Shown in pieces: positions 16,941 to 24,921 of a DNA stretch of 32,000 nucleotides (positions are counted from its first letter, which is position 1; each line of letters opens with the position of its first letter). A program made the position numbers and the translations under genes. The stretch lies in NCBI RefSeq assembly GCF_009734345.1, contig NZ_CP032551.1, positions 1,710,001-1,742,000 of the forward strand, written 5' to 3'. The notes under the pieces are model-generated. The model did no database searches. It was not told where the DNA came from and worked only from the letters and a program-made list of their open reading frames with translations. This stretch comes from Pseudidiomarina andamanensis (lineage in GTDB: Bacteria > Pseudomonadota > Gammaproteobacteria > Enterobacterales > Alteromonadaceae).

Positions 16941-17480
16941 CTATTGGCAACCGCCACAGCAGTGGCCGTTGCCATGGTGGCCTTTCCCTGCTTCTTCAGC
17001 TTTCTTAAACAACACGCTATTTTCGATGGCGATGTGTTGGTGTAGGTCGCTGATAAATTCATTAATGCCTTCATACAACATGATCCAGCTGCCACAAGCA
17101 CCACGTGGTGCGTTACATTGGTTCGTTAACTCAAGCAGTTGGGCAATCATTTGCTCATGTTGATCATGCTCTTCTTCCATCACTGCAATTGGGCCTTGTG
17201 GATAAATACCGCCGGCAAGCATTGGGAACAGAATTTGCTCTTCTTTCATCATGTGGCTTTCAAGCTCTTGGTACATCGCTTGTAAGTGTTCGGCTAAGCC
17301 AGCTGGGCAATCGCTGTGATCGTTGTGAACATCTTCAATTTTGCGCGCCAAGTTAATTAAGTCAGGCAATTGCGCACGATGTTTTTCATGAAAATGCTCC
17401 ACCATGAATTCGGTTAGCGCTTTCTTTGGCATGGCTTGGTATACGGCAAGTGCCTCACTATGAACGGTTTGGGTCGTCAT
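16941..17480 (-). CDS. dnrN: Hemerythrin-domain di-iron protein of the DnrN/YtfE (RIC) family; it lacks the ScdA_N domain and has a C-terminal His/Cys-rich tail
   Basis: It aligns with the C-terminal two thirds of E. coli YtfE (HFHEKHRAQLPDLI, SHMMKEEQILFPML, MEEEHDQH, HIAIENSVLF). The start has an AGGAG 8 nt upstream, so the missing N-domain looks genuine. The tail reads GKGHHGNGHCCGGCQ. Confidence 0.75.
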   Translation of the reverse strand: MTTQTVHSEALAVYQAMPKKALTEFMVEHFHEKHRAQLPDLINLARKIEDVHNDHSDCPAGLAEHLQAMYQELESHMMKEEQILFPMLAGGIYPQGPIAVMEEEHDQHEQMIAQLLELTNQCNAPRGACGSWIMLYEGINEFISDLHQHIAIENSVLFKKAEEAGKGHHGNGHCCGGCQ

Positions 17481-17548
17481 AAAACTTCTCCTAGCTAATA
17501 TTTAGTCGCTGCAAGCAGCGCAATTGAGCGTATTTACCCCTTAACTGG

Positions 17549-17564
17549 TGCAATTTCGATGCCA
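17549..17564 (-). promoter_or_regulatory. sigma54 (-24/-12) promoter for dnrN
   Basis: The minus strand reads TGGCAT-CGAAA-TTGCA, with GG and GC 12 nt apart. It lies about 70 nt upstream of ATG 17480. Confidence 0.6.
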
Positions 17565-17605
17565 AAACTACCCACTTTGATTTATATCGAGTTTTTTTCT
17601 GCAAT

Positions 17606-17662
17606 GGTAAATTAAACCCAATGAAATTCGGGTCATTCAGGCCTAAAAGGGTTGTTTTTACC
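17606..17662 (-). promoter_or_regulatory. Three NorR enhancer boxes (GGT-N7-ACC) upstream of the dnrN sigma54 promoter
   Basis: GGTaaattaaACC at 17606-17618, GGTcattcagGCC at 17631-17643 (5/6), and GGTtgtttttACC at 17650-17662. Confidence 0.6.
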
Positions 17663-19219
17663 ATGCATGATGTCTCCTTACTTGAAACACTAATTGCCGA
17701 TTTAGTGACTGATTTACCAGCGGTCATTCGCTTGGAAAAAGTCGTAAAAACACTGCGCACGCATTTTCATTGTGGTGCCGTCGTGATACTCAAACACGAC
17801 CAAGATATGTTGCGTCCTATTGCCAGTATTGGCTTGGCTCGCGAAGCGCTTGGCCGTCGTTTTCTAGTGCAACAACACCCGCGCCTTGAGCGTATTCTAA
17901 GTAGTCGTGAAACCGTTCGGTTCGAACCGGATAGCAGTTTGCCTGATCCATACGATGGGTTAATTGAAGACAGCCCAGATGGTCACCTTGCCGTGCATGA
18001 TTGCATGGGCATCAGCCTCTATATTGAAGGCAAGTGCTGGGGCGTACTCACACTGGATGCACTCACACCTGGTACCTTTGATAACAGCACCATGCAGGCA
18101 TTACAACGCGCGAGCTTATTAGTAGAAGCCGCCATTCGTATGGGCTTAATTGAGCAAAACATCCGAGCGCTACGTAACAATCGTCGCGACAGTGAATACT
18201 CACTAACAAGTAACGGCACAGATAGCCAAGAAATTATTGGTCGCAGCGCCGCGTTGATGACGGTACTGCAAGAATTAGAAGTGGTTGCTGGCTCTGATTT
18301 GCCGGTATTGCTGCTCGGCGAAACCGGTGTCGGTAAAGAGTTATTTGCGCGACAGTTACACCGTTTGTCACCTCGAAACCATAAACCACTGGTGTACGTG
18401 AACTGCGCCGCACTACCGGAAACTTTAGCCGAGAGTGAATTGTTTGGACATACTCGCGGCGCCTATTCTGGAGCAACCGGCGAGCGCGCTGGGCGCTTTG
18501 ACAGCGCCGATGGCGGTACCATTTTCTTAGACGAGGTTGGTGAACTACCATTAGCCATACAAGCCAAGTTATTACGTGTGCTACAAAACGGTGAAATTCA
18601 GCGTCTTGGTAGTGATAGCTCACACAAGGTCAATGTTCGAATTGTGGCGGCGACCAATCGTGACTTAAAGCAACAAATTAAGTCTGGCGACTTCCGTGCA
18701 GATTTATACCATCGTTTGTCGGTATATCCGCTACCGATTCCGCCACTGCGCGACCGCCAAGATGATATTTCGGTGCTGGCTGGTCACTTCCTTGAGCTCA
18801 ACCGTGCACGCTTAGGCGTTCGCGCACTGCGTTTGTCGCCAACCGCAGAGCAAGCATTGCAGCGTTATGATTGGCCGGGTAACGTGCGTGAGCTAGAGCA
18901 CACTATCAGTCGTGCCGCTATCAAGGCATTAAGCTTGGGTGCGCGACGTGATGACATTGTGAGTATTGATGCCGAGCTTCTCGATTTACCTACCGCGGTG
19001 GTTCAAGCCGTAGGCGCTCAAGATCTGCCACTACCTAAAGCCAATGGCACCTTAGATGTCGGTTCGCTAAATTTAAAGAATGCCGTACAAACTGTTCAGC
19101 GTGAACTGATTCAGCAAGCGCTTGAGCATACCGACTATAAATGGACGCAAGCAGCTCGTATACTAGACCTTGATCCGAGCAACTTACACAAGCTAGCCAG
19201 CCGCTTAGGGCTGAAATAA
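17663..19219 (+). CDS. norR: NorR, the NO-responsive sigma54-dependent transcriptional activator (GAF, AAA+ and HTH domains)
   Basis: Collinear with E. coli NorR. GAF region: LPDPYDGLI. AAA+ region: GETGVGKE, ESELFGH, GAYSGA, and RADLYHRLSVYPL. C-terminal HTH. I chose ATG 17663 (MHDVSLLETL) because the ORF-track start at 17621 would place the NorR boxes inside the coding sequence. Confidence 0.85.
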   Translation: MHDVSLLETLIADLVTDLPAVIRLEKVVKTLRTHFHCGAVVILKHDQDMLRPIASIGLAREALGRRFLVQQHPRLERILSSRETVRFEPDSSLPDPYDGLIEDSPDGHLAVHDCMGISLYIEGKCWGVLTLDALTPGTFDNSTMQALQRASLLVEAAIRMGLIEQNIRALRNNRRDSEYSLTSNGTDSQEIIGRSAALMTVLQELEVVAGSDLPVLLLGETGVGKELFARQLHRLSPRNHKPLVYVNCAALPETLAESELFGHTRGAYSGATGERAGRFDSADGGTIFLDEVGELPLAIQAKLLRVLQNGEIQRLGSDSSHKVNVRIVAATNRDLKQQIKSGDFRADLYHRLSVYPLPIPPLRDRQDDISVLAGHFLELNRARLGVRALRLSPTAEQALQRYDWPGNVRELEHTISRAAIKALSLGARRDDIVSIDAELLDLPTAVVQAVGAQDLPLPKANGTLDVGSLNLKNAVQTVQRELIQQALEHTDYKWTQAARILDLDPSNLHKLASRLGLK

Positions 19220-19267
19220 GCTCAGTTCTCGGTAAGAGATTCAGAACCATAACAGGGTCGGTATTTT

Positions 19268-19663
19268 ATGAGGGTCATTTTGCGCATTTTGTTGTGGCGC
19301 ACCATTGCAATTTTGGCGTTGCTACTCGGAGTCATTGGGCTATTGCTACCGATTATGCCGACCGTACCGTTTTTGCTTGTTGCCGCATGGGCAGGCGGCA
19401 AAGGGTGGCCGGTACTTGAACAAAAGCTATTGGCACACCCTAAATACGGGCCACAAATTATTGCTTGGCGTAAATACGGTGTGGTCAAACGTCAACCCAA
19501 AGTGATTGCGTCAGTCATGATGGGAGGTAGTGCGATAATGCTTGGCTTTAGCCCGGCACCGTTTGCCGTTAAATTCGCTGTGATTGGAATTATGGCAACT
19601 GTTGCGGTATGGCTCTGGTTGCGTCCTGAAGCAGAGCCAACCACCGCAACTAAATCAGATTAG
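19268..19663 (+). CDS. ybaN: YbaN (DUF454) family inner-membrane protein
   Basis: Typical N-terminus LLGVIGLLLPIMPTVPFLLVAAW and a length of about 130 aa. It starts 48 nt downstream of norR. Confidence 0.7.
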   Translation: MRVILRILLWRTIAILALLLGVIGLLLPIMPTVPFLLVAAWAGGKGWPVLEQKLLAHPKYGPQIIAWRKYGVVKRQPKVIASVMMGGSAIMLGFSPAPFAVKFAVIGIMATVAVWLWLRPEAEPTTATKSD

Positions 19664-20868
19664 CCTGGACGCCCATCTGGGCGTGGTGTTGTTAGAATAG
19701 GCAAATACACCACTACGTACATGCTATAAGCAATTATCCATGCCGCCGCTGCAAAGACTAACCATGACATCGCCAAATCAGGCACCAACCAAGTCAGCAC
19801 AACACGCGATAATGCCGCTGAAATCACCAGTAAAAACGCCAGTGACATAATCGGCTTAGGCTGCAATGGACGACCACTGTGGCCCAGAGAAACGCGCGCA
19901 ATCATCGCCAAAATCATGTTCCCCATTGCGCCAGCGGTTAGTGCATGTAGCGCGATGGAATTGGTTATACTAGTCACCCCCAACTCACGTAACGCAAACA
20001 GCGCAAGGCCAACAGGAATAAACCAATAAGCAATATGCAACGACCATAGCAATGGTACGCGCAGGGTTATCCAAATGCGCCAGCGGAAGCAACGAATACC
20101 TAGTGCAACAGCGCTAATGCCGCACAAAGCAGCCATCACAGCGTCTGGTAATTGCGCACTAAACAAAGTGATGTTGAGGATAAAAATCAGCCATAAACTG
20201 CCAAGGCCAATGCGATCGAGCCACTCAATCGGTTGCGCTTTTTGCGTCATGGTGCCGTTAGCGGTAAACATCGGTAGCACCCGCCCACCAACAATGGCCA
20301 TCAATAAGGTGACCAGCCAAACGGCGTTTTGACTACCTAACTGCTGCAGGTCGAACCGATCACTGACTAACCCGTAGTGCATGAGGGCATTACAAAATGT
20401 GAGTAAGAACAGCACAGGCACAAAGAACAAGTTACGCTGTTGCTTGACTTGAATTAGCGGCACTGCGAGTAAAACCGCCGCCAATGGCAAGAATAACAAG
20501 TCGACTGCTGCAACCAGCCATACCGGTAGGCCGGCACCAAACAACATCAACAAGCGACCCAGTAACCAAACGGTGGTCAAAATACCTAGAGCTCGGCCAT
20601 GTGTGGCGCGCAGCCCAGTCCAGTTTTGCACTGCGGTAAGTAAGAAACCAACGACAATGGCGGCGACAAAACCAAAAATCATTTCATGGGCATGCCAAAA
20701 CATCACTTGCCCATAAACTGGCAACGAGATTTGCCCGCCAAGCACTAGTATCCACAGCAACATCGCAATGGCACTGAAACTGGCACCGAACAAAAACATC
20801 GGGCGAAATGCTTGGCGCAACAATGGCCACATCTTTTGTTCAACCTGTAAATCGGTAATTTGTAACAT
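19660..20868 (-). CDS. nnrS: NnrS family haem/copper membrane protein (NO-stress associated)
   Basis: About 12 TM segments. N-terminal FRPMFLFGA and WHAHEMIFGF motifs typical of NnrS. GGGAGAG lies upstream. It starts only 34 nt after the ubiV stop. Confidence 0.85.
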   Translation of the reverse strand: MLQITDLQVEQKMWPLLRQAFRPMFLFGASFSAIAMLLWILVLGGQISLPVYGQVMFWHAHEMIFGFVAAIVVGFLLTAVQNWTGLRATHGRALGILTTVWLLGRLLMLFGAGLPVWLVAAVDLLFLPLAAVLLAVPLIQVKQQRNLFFVPVLFLLTFCNALMHYGLVSDRFDLQQLGSQNAVWLVTLLMAIVGGRVLPMFTANGTMTQKAQPIEWLDRIGLGSLWLIFILNITLFSAQLPDAVMAALCGISAVALGIRCFRWRIWITLRVPLLWSLHIAYWFIPVGLALFALRELGVTSITNSIALHALTAGAMGNMILAMIARVSLGHSGRPLQPKPIMSLAFLLVISAALSRVVLTWLVPDLAMSWLVFAAAAWIIAYSMYVVVYLPILTTPRPDGRPG

Positions 20869-20902
20869 GAGCTCTCCCTATTTGTTTCAGCATTTGCGAG
20901 CT

Positions 20903-21781
20903 TTAATCGAGCTGTTGTACAAGCCCCGCAAGGGCCAACCAATAGCCATTGCTATCATTTTTATCCAACTTCTGCGGCGCTCCACCAGCCACGTTGGCAC
21001 GAAACTTCTCAAGCCAGTCAAAGGTTCCCACTAACTGTGGGCTTAACCGCACGACATCCACTAGCCCATCCATATTGGGAAGTTGATTGACCAGGTTGTA
21101 GCGACTACCTGACTGCGTTTGAATACCGTTGAGTACAAACACTTGTTGGCCTTCTTGACTGCTGACCGGACGCCCTTCTGGATAATTAATGCAAACCAGT
21201 TCGCACTGATCTTTCGGGCGGTTTTCTGAGCGCGCGGTAAAACAACGCCCTGACCAAGCCAATGGCATATGCCCTAATGCGAATATCTCCACTTCAAAGC
21301 AGTCACGTACATCGTGCACCATGGGTTGCTGCAGTAATTTCGCCAGCCACTCGCGCGATAACTCAACCGGCATCACCCAACGGCTCATGCCTAAGCTCAT
21401 CAATTTCCGTAATGTATGTTGGTTGTAGCAGTTAATGGCAGCGCCCGCAACGAAGGGTACTTTGTGTTCTTGCAAGTAAGGAATGGCGCCAACATCATTA
21501 GCCTCTACTAAAAACTCACCGTTGTCGCAGTATTTGCGAAGCTCACGCAGTTCCGATGGTGCCTCTAACAAGGTCATGGTTGATAAACAGACTTGCTTGC
21601 CCGCCTCGCGCAACATATGTGCAATCGCCATGTAATCATCAAATTTCAGCTCACGGCGTTTGCTGCAAACGGTTTCACCTAAATAAACGATATCCACAGA
21701 CGAGTCGGCTGCCTGTTGATAAAAGTTCTCAACCACTTGTTTGGGCCAAAAGTACTGAATTGCTCCAAGTGAAAATTTCAT
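20903..21781 (-). CDS. ubiV: UbiV (YhbV), a U32-family protein of O2-independent ubiquinone biosynthesis
   Basis: Collinear with E. coli YhbV. Shared motifs: MKFSLG, YLGETVCSKRR, ARCFTARSENRPKDQCELVC, VFVLNGIQT, VDVVRLSPQ. I chose the start at M5. Confidence 0.85.
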   Translation of the reverse strand: MKFSLGAIQYFWPKQVVENFYQQAADSSVDIVYLGETVCSKRRELKFDDYMAIAHMLREAGKQVCLSTMTLLEAPSELRELRKYCDNGEFLVEANDVGAIPYLQEHKVPFVAGAAINCYNQHTLRKLMSLGMSRWVMPVELSREWLAKLLQQPMVHDVRDCFEVEIFALGHMPLAWSGRCFTARSENRPKDQCELVCINYPEGRPVSSQEGQQVFVLNGIQTQSGSRYNLVNQLPNMDGLVDVVRLSPQLVGTFDWLEKFRANVAGGAPQKLDKNDSNGYWLALAGLVQQLD

Positions 21782-21783
21782 AA

Positions 21784-22779
21784 TTACTTCCATTTCCGGT
21801 GGTAGGCACCAAGGGTGGTTTGACTGCCCTCAGAAAGCCCTGCCAAAACATGATCCCACTGTTCTTGAACCGCAAACTGCTCTGGGTTTGCCATCACGGC
21901 ATCAATCGCTTGTCGCCAAACTTGGGTAATTTGCGCAACGTATGCCGGGCTCCGTTGACGCCCCTCAATTTTCAGCGACGCAATACCTTCTTTGTACAAC
22001 TCGGGCAGTAAACTAAGCGTATTCAGACTAGTTGGCTCTTCTAAAGCATGGTAAGTGTCATCACCAACCTTAAATCGACCTTTGCATAGTGTTGGATAAC
22101 CAGCAGTTTCATTGGGAGCAAAACGGTCAATCAGTATATTGTTGAGGCGTGACTCTAACGTGCCATCGTCTGCTTCATCCCAGCGCACATACTTAGCAGG
22201 CGAGCAGGCACCGGCGGTGTTTGGCGATTCACCGGTCATATATGAGCTTAAATAACAGCGCCCTTCAGCCATGATGCACAAGCTACCGAAAGCGAACACT
22301 TCCAGCTCAATATCGGTCGTTCTCGCTATCGCTCTTACTTGATTCATGGATAGTACGCGCGGTAAAACCACTCGACTCACGCCAAACTGTTTATAAAACT
22401 CAATCGCTGCTGCATTGGTTGCAGACGCTTGTACCGATAAGTGCAGTTCGACTTTCGGATACCGATCAGCGGCATACGCTAATACCGCCATATCAGCTAA
22501 TATCAGCACATCGGCGCCAGCTTTGACCGCCATATCGACAGCGCGACGCCAGTTTTCAAAAGTATCCGCATGGGCAAACGTATTAATCGCGACGTGAAGC
22601 TTCTTGCCATGTTGGTGCACATAACGAGCCGCTTCGGTGAGCCCAGCCTGATCAAGGTTTAACCCCGCGAAATGGCGCGCGTTGGTTTCATCTTTAAGGC
22701 CGACATAGACCGCGTCGGCGCCGTGCTCAATGGCCGCTTTTAACGCTGGCATACTGCCAGCCGGACACAGAAGTTCCAT
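21784..22779 (-). CDS. ubiU: UbiU (YhbU), a U32-family protein of O2-independent ubiquinone biosynthesis
   Basis: MELLCPAGS...ADAVYVGL N-terminus, a U32 Cys set (GSLCIMAEGRCYLS, ...GACSP, ...TLCKG), and IEGRQRSPAYV. Confidence 0.85.
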   Translation of the reverse strand: MELLCPAGSMPALKAAIEHGADAVYVGLKDETNARHFAGLNLDQAGLTEAARYVHQHGKKLHVAINTFAHADTFENWRRAVDMAVKAGADVLILADMAVLAYAADRYPKVELHLSVQASATNAAAIEFYKQFGVSRVVLPRVLSMNQVRAIARTTDIELEVFAFGSLCIMAEGRCYLSSYMTGESPNTAGACSPAKYVRWDEADDGTLESRLNNILIDRFAPNETAGYPTLCKGRFKVGDDTYHALEEPTSLNTLSLLPELYKEGIASLKIEGRQRSPAYVAQITQVWRQAIDAVMANPEQFAVQEQWDHVLAGLSEGSQTTLGAYHRKWK

Positions 22780-22830
22780 AATTATTGATCCCGTCGATAA
22801 ACATGCATTCGTAATGAGTATTATAATCCG

Positions 22831-23373
22831 ATGAAAATTTTACGGGACATTAATGGACGGCAACTTATGGTTATCCCCAAAGTAGTAGATCACTGGCAGC
22901 AGCTTATAAAAGGTTTAAATACGGCCTTGCATATTGTGCCAAAACCCTTGTCAGAACAGGTGTTAGGAGCAATGTTGAACCATGTGTTAAAGCCAGAATT
23001 ACAACAGCAAAAACTCCGGTTTTTAGTCAATCAATGGGTACAAATTGAGGTTCCCGATCTCAGCTTAGTGTTCTATGTCACTGCCGTTGCCAACCCGCAT
23101 ACCATGCGCCTGAAAGTGTCCGTGAAGCCACAACTAGCTGCGGTAACCATGCGTGGCAATAGCGCCTCGTTGGTATTGCTGATGAGTGGTCAAGTCGACC
23201 CAGACACCTTGTTCTTCCGGCGCAAACTGCTGATCAAGGGCGACACCGAATTAGGTTTATCGGTAAAGAACTTACTCGATACTATTGAGCTTGAGGGTCG
23301 CCTTCCCGGCACGCTCTATCGAGCCACTCAAGAGACCGCAACCCTCATTCTGGCAAAGCCCGAGCTGCGCTAA
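22831..23373 (+). CDS. ubiT: UbiT (YhbT), an SCP2-domain lipid/ubiquinone-carrier protein
   Basis: SCP2 signature DPDTLFFRRKLLIKGDTELGLSVKNLLD, matching E. coli YhbT. It is divergent from ubiUV as in E. coli. The start is uncertain: TATAAT at 22822-22827 sits only 3 nt before ATG 22831, so ATG 22867 (MVIPKVV) may be the real start. Confidence 0.7.
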   Translation: MKILRDINGRQLMVIPKVVDHWQQLIKGLNTALHIVPKPLSEQVLGAMLNHVLKPELQQQKLRFLVNQWVQIEVPDLSLVFYVTAVANPHTMRLKVSVKPQLAAVTMRGNSASLVLLMSGQVDPDTLFFRRKLLIKGDTELGLSVKNLLDTIELEGRLPGTLYRATQETATLILAKPELR

Positions 23374-23422
23374 ATTCCGCCGAGGCTCGGGTCGCTTATA
23401 CCCCTTCAGGTGTATCAAATTT

Positions 23423-23436
23423 TTGATCCGCATCAT
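23423..23436 (+). promoter_or_regulatory. FNR box upstream of hemN (TTGAT-CCGC-ATCAT, 9/10)
   Basis: It matches TTGAT-N4-ATCAA at 9 of 10 positions and is centred about 60 nt before ATG 23490. Confidence 0.5.
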
Positions 23437-23489
23437 ATAAACTGCGCTCAGTTATTCATCAGTAAGGGGTTTCCCCACGGGGTGTTCGC

Positions 23490-24869
23490 ATGACCAATCA
23501 CGCAAACCAAATTGTTTGGAGCCAAGAGCTCATCGATAAGTACAACATCAATGGACCACGCTATACGTCGTACCCGACCGCATTAGCGCTACACAATCAG
23601 TTTCCATTGAGTTCGATGGTGCGCACACTTGCCAACGCCCCAAAAGAATTGAGCTTATACATCCATTTACCGTTCTGTATTAAGCTTTGCTATTACTGCG
23701 GTTGTAACAAAGTCATCACCCGCCATCAGCATAAAGCTGACATTTATTTAGATTACTTGGCGAAAGAAATGGCGATGTACAAAGCCTTATTAGGTGATCG
23801 TAAATTTGAATCGGTGCACATGGGCGGCGGCACCCCAACGTTCTTAAGCGAAACACAATTGTCACGCTTAATGGACTTGCTGCACGAGCATTTCAGTTTT
23901 ACCGACAACGCAGAGTGGTCAATCGAAATTGATCCGCGTAGCTGTAGCGATGACAAGCTGCGTCACTTGCGTCACCTCGGCTTTGATCGCGTCAGCTATG
24001 GCGTACAAGATTTTGATACCAAGGTTCAAATTGCCATCAACCGCGTGCAAGACACCGACATGATCAAGCACCAAGTGGCACTAAGCAAAGAGCTTGGCTT
24101 TCGCTCAATTAATCTCGATTTAATCTATGGTTTGCCGTATCAACGGCCTGAAACTTTCGCGGCATCGATTGACCAAGTGATTGAGCTGAACCCTGACCGC
24201 GTGTCACTGTTTAGCTATGCTCACTTGCCATCGCGTTTTGCTGGGCAGCGGAAAATTGACGAGTCGAGCTTGCCAACCGCACCAATTAAATTGGAATTAC
24301 TGCAGTTGGGTATTACGAAGTTCACCGAAGCTGGCTATCAGTTCATTGGCATGGATCACTTCGCTAAAACCGACGATACCCTGGCACAGGCGCAACAGCG
24401 TGGTGAGCTGCAGCGAAACTTCCAGGGCTACACCACGTCTGGACAAGATGCGCTGTTGGGTATTGGTGCCTCCTCAATTAGCCAAATTGACGGTGTACTC
24501 TGGCAAAATGTAAAAGAGCTACCGTCTTATTACAAAGCCATTGATAACGGTACTTTGCCGATTGTGAAAGGCTTTGAGTTAAACGACGATGATCGCTTAC
24601 GTGCGGCATTGATTTCACAAGTGATTTGCCACTTTGATCTCGACATTGAAGCGTTCTTAAAAGAATGGAATATCGACGATTTTTGGTCTTATTTCGCCGA
24701 TTCTAAGCGAAAATTGGCTCCTTTTGTGGAAGATAATCTGGTTGAGTTAAACGATCAACGCTTAACTGTGACACCATTAGGCCGCCTGTGGGTGCGTAGT
24801 ATCTGTGCCTGTTTTGATGCTTATTTAGATGATGCAGCAACAGCGCCACGTTACTCCAAAGTGGTGTAA
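23490..24869 (+). CDS. hemN: Oxygen-independent coproporphyrinogen III oxidase HemN (radical SAM)
   Basis: 459 aa. Features: N-terminal GPRYTSYPTA, radical-SAM CxxxCxxC (CIKLCYYCGC), GGGTPTFL, and an HemN C-terminal domain. Confidence 0.9.
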   Translation: MTNHANQIVWSQELIDKYNINGPRYTSYPTALALHNQFPLSSMVRTLANAPKELSLYIHLPFCIKLCYYCGCNKVITRHQHKADIYLDYLAKEMAMYKALLGDRKFESVHMGGGTPTFLSETQLSRLMDLLHEHFSFTDNAEWSIEIDPRSCSDDKLRHLRHLGFDRVSYGVQDFDTKVQIAINRVQDTDMIKHQVALSKELGFRSINLDLIYGLPYQRPETFAASIDQVIELNPDRVSLFSYAHLPSRFAGQRKIDESSLPTAPIKLELLQLGITKFTEAGYQFIGMDHFAKTDDTLAQAQQRGELQRNFQGYTTSGQDALLGIGASSISQIDGVLWQNVKELPSYYKAIDNGTLPIVKGFELNDDDRLRAALISQVICHFDLDIEAFLKEWNIDDFWSYFADSKRKLAPFVEDNLVELNDQRLTVTPLGRLWVRSICACFDAYLDDAATAPRYSKVV

Positions 24870-24894
24870 CGCAGCGCTGATTTACATGCTGAGT

Positions 24895-24921
24895 TGAAGC
24901 AGGCTTAACTCGCCTGCTTCA
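24895..24921. other. 10-bp perfect hairpin at the convergent hemN/nrdD junction
   Basis: TGAAGCAGGC (24895-24904) pairs with GCCTGCTTCA (24912-24921) across a 7-nt loop that contains the nrdD stop codon. Neither side has a U-tract. Confidence 0.4.

Noticed and set aside
22785-22798. Possible FNR box TTGAT-CCCG-TCGAT in the ubiU/ubiT intergenic region
   Set aside because: Only the left half-site matches; the right half matches ATCAA at 1 of 5 positions. Its spacing to the TATAAT at 22822-22827 (about -41) is suggestive, but this is too weak to call.
23414-23427. ATCAA-ATTT-TTGAT upstream of hemN
   Set aside because: The half-sites are everted (ATCAA...TTGAT) relative to the FNR consensus. 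The overlapping properly oriented site at 23423-23436 is the better candidate.
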